DNA of 64,000 nt, from NCBI GenBank assembly GCA_032718475.1, contig JAUCBJ010006114.1, positions 1-64,000 on the forward strand. The letters are read 5' to 3'. The translations under genes were made by a program, and so were the position numbers. Positions 62,401 through 64,000 of this stretch are shown here, one piece after another. Each line of letters starts with the position of its first letter. Position 1 is the stretch's first letter. Under the pieces are notes generated by a model that worked only from the letters and a program-made list of their open reading frames with translations, was not told the origin of the DNA and did not search any database. This DNA is from Nemertoderma westbladi. Its lineage: Eukaryota > Animalia > Xenacoelomorpha.

Positions 62401-64000
62401 ACGACGACCGTACGGCGATGAAAATGATGGAAGCCTCCAAGAAAAGGTTACCTAGCGGTCGCTTTATGGTCGGGATGCCGTGGAAGGAATCGAGACTGAA
62501 ACTCCCCGACAATCGAGCCACAGCGCGTTCGCAACTCTTGTCGTTGGAAAGGAAATTCTCTAAAAACTCTCTGTTCGGAAAAACTCTATCGGGAAATGTT
62601 GGGCTCGTATATTACGGATGGATATGCGTGCCGCACCACGAAGGAAGAGTTAGAGAAGAAAGACGACCGAGTCTGGTATCTTCCCCATCACGGCATAGTC
62701 TCGGCTAAGAAACCGGGAAAGGTGCGCGTCGTATTTAACGCTGCCAACCGCCACCGGGGGGTAGCGCTTAACGATAAGCTTTACTCGGGACCGGACTTGT
62801 TAAACACCTTAGCGGGATTTCTCATGCGATTCCGGCAAAACAAAATCGCATTCGCCGCCGATATTAAAGCGATGTACCACCAAATTCGTGTACCGGAACG
62901 GGATCAACGCTCACTGCGGTTTCTCTGGCGCCATAGCGTTACCGAACCGATACTCACTTATCAGATGACGGTTCAGGTATTCGGCGTTATCTGCTCCCAG
63001 GCGTGCGCGTGTTACGCATTGAGGTCTGCCGTCCTGGATGACCCGTGCCCCCCGGGCATACGGCGCGCGGTACTGGAATCCTTTTATTCGGACGACCTAT
63101 TGGGATCGACAGCCGAGACCGCACAGGCCATTGCGTTAGTGAGCGGGCTACGGGAACGACTCAAGGATTACGGGATGCACCTCGTAAAGTGGGCCAGTAG
63201 TTCGCGGGAACTACTCGGGACCGTACCGTCGGAGGAGCGGGCAACGCCAACCATCGACTTGGCCGGGGACGACTTACCAACGGATCGAGCGCTTGGGATT
63301 AGCTGGGAAATGGAAGCGGATGTGATTAGATTCGACTTCGCGGGAGTTAGCGAGGAGGGTTCGAAACGGGAAATTCTGTCCACAATAAGTTCTATTTTCG
63401 ATCCACTAGGATTCCTCGTTCCCGTAATATTCGTTGCTAAATGTATCATGCAGAAACTCTGGGCGTTAAAGATGGATTGGGACAAACCTGTACCGAATGA
63501 GGTTCTCGAGATATGGCTGGGATGGAAAGACGATGCGAAAAATCTGTCGGGCCTGCGAATTCCCCGATGGTACGAAACGGGACTCTCAGGGTTAGCGGTG
63601 GGCCGGGAGATCCACGTTTTCTGCGACGCATCCGAAGAAGGCTTCGCGTGTGTGGCGTATGTTCGTTCGGAACTCAGCGCCAAGTCGGCGCGATGCTCCT
63701 TCATTGCGGGGAAGAGCAGATTGGCGCCAATGAAACGACTGTCCATACCTCGACTGGAACTCCAGGCGGCGGTGCTGGGGATCCGCTTAGCTGAGACTTT
63801 AAGGGGAGAGCTAAGGATGGTAATTTCCCGAACTGTCTATTGGTCTGATTCCACAACGGTGCTGCGGTGGATAGGAAATCCTTCTAGGCGTTTCCACACC
63901 TTCGTCGGGAATCGGGTTGCCGAAATCGGACCGTTGACGGATTGGCGGCATGTACCGGGGGATCTTAATCCAGCGGATGACGGGACGAGGGGACTCGCAG
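59417..64000 (+). mobile_element. BEL/Pao gag-pro-pol region (Gag, protease, RT, RNase H) with two frameshifts (~62320, ~62580); runs off the window
   Basis: FDGNPIQWPQF; CVLCQGDH / CFKCLEAGH / C..RHHPLLH; MLDPCSELT; RTLCGWTVWGP; WYLPHHG..KPGKVRVVF; ADIKAMYHQI; FYSDDLL; HVFCDASE; WSDSTTVL; WRHVPGDLNPADDGTRG. Confidence 0.92.

Noticed and set aside
59327-63794. Antisense ORFs (250 aa, 192 aa and others) over the BEL gag/pol
   Set aside because: Shadow frames of GC-rich coding sequence

Overview
Eukaryotic (animal, probably invertebrate) genomic DNA, AT-rich and heavily repetitive. The left part holds three phase-consistent exons of a TTLL6/TTLL13-like tubulin polyglutamylase (+). One of its introns is filled by about 200 tandem copies of its own exon-end/5' splice donor. 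Next come an antisense, single-ORF NUDT9-like gene with a predicted membrane anchor and a degenerate Nudix box, LINE/MITE debris, and a 9 kb ~42-bp minisatellite. The minisatellite stops at a head-to-head copy of the SMART/PacBio ultra-low-input PCR adapter (25656-25707), so the assembly is probably chimeric there. To the right are an RTE LINE, intronless ABT1/Esf2, a two-exon GTP-dependent PEPCK and an 18-bp minisatellite. These are followed by a very young 13.7 kb BEL/Pao LTR element (near-identical 1.23 kb LTRs, ATCAT TSD) that keeps a 1670-aa Gag-protease ORF, lacks RT/integrase and carries unknown accessory ORFs. The window ends with an IS3EU-like transposase remnant and the 5' part of a second, frameshifted BEL/Pao element. 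Family calls rest on recognising motifs by eye; no database searches were run.
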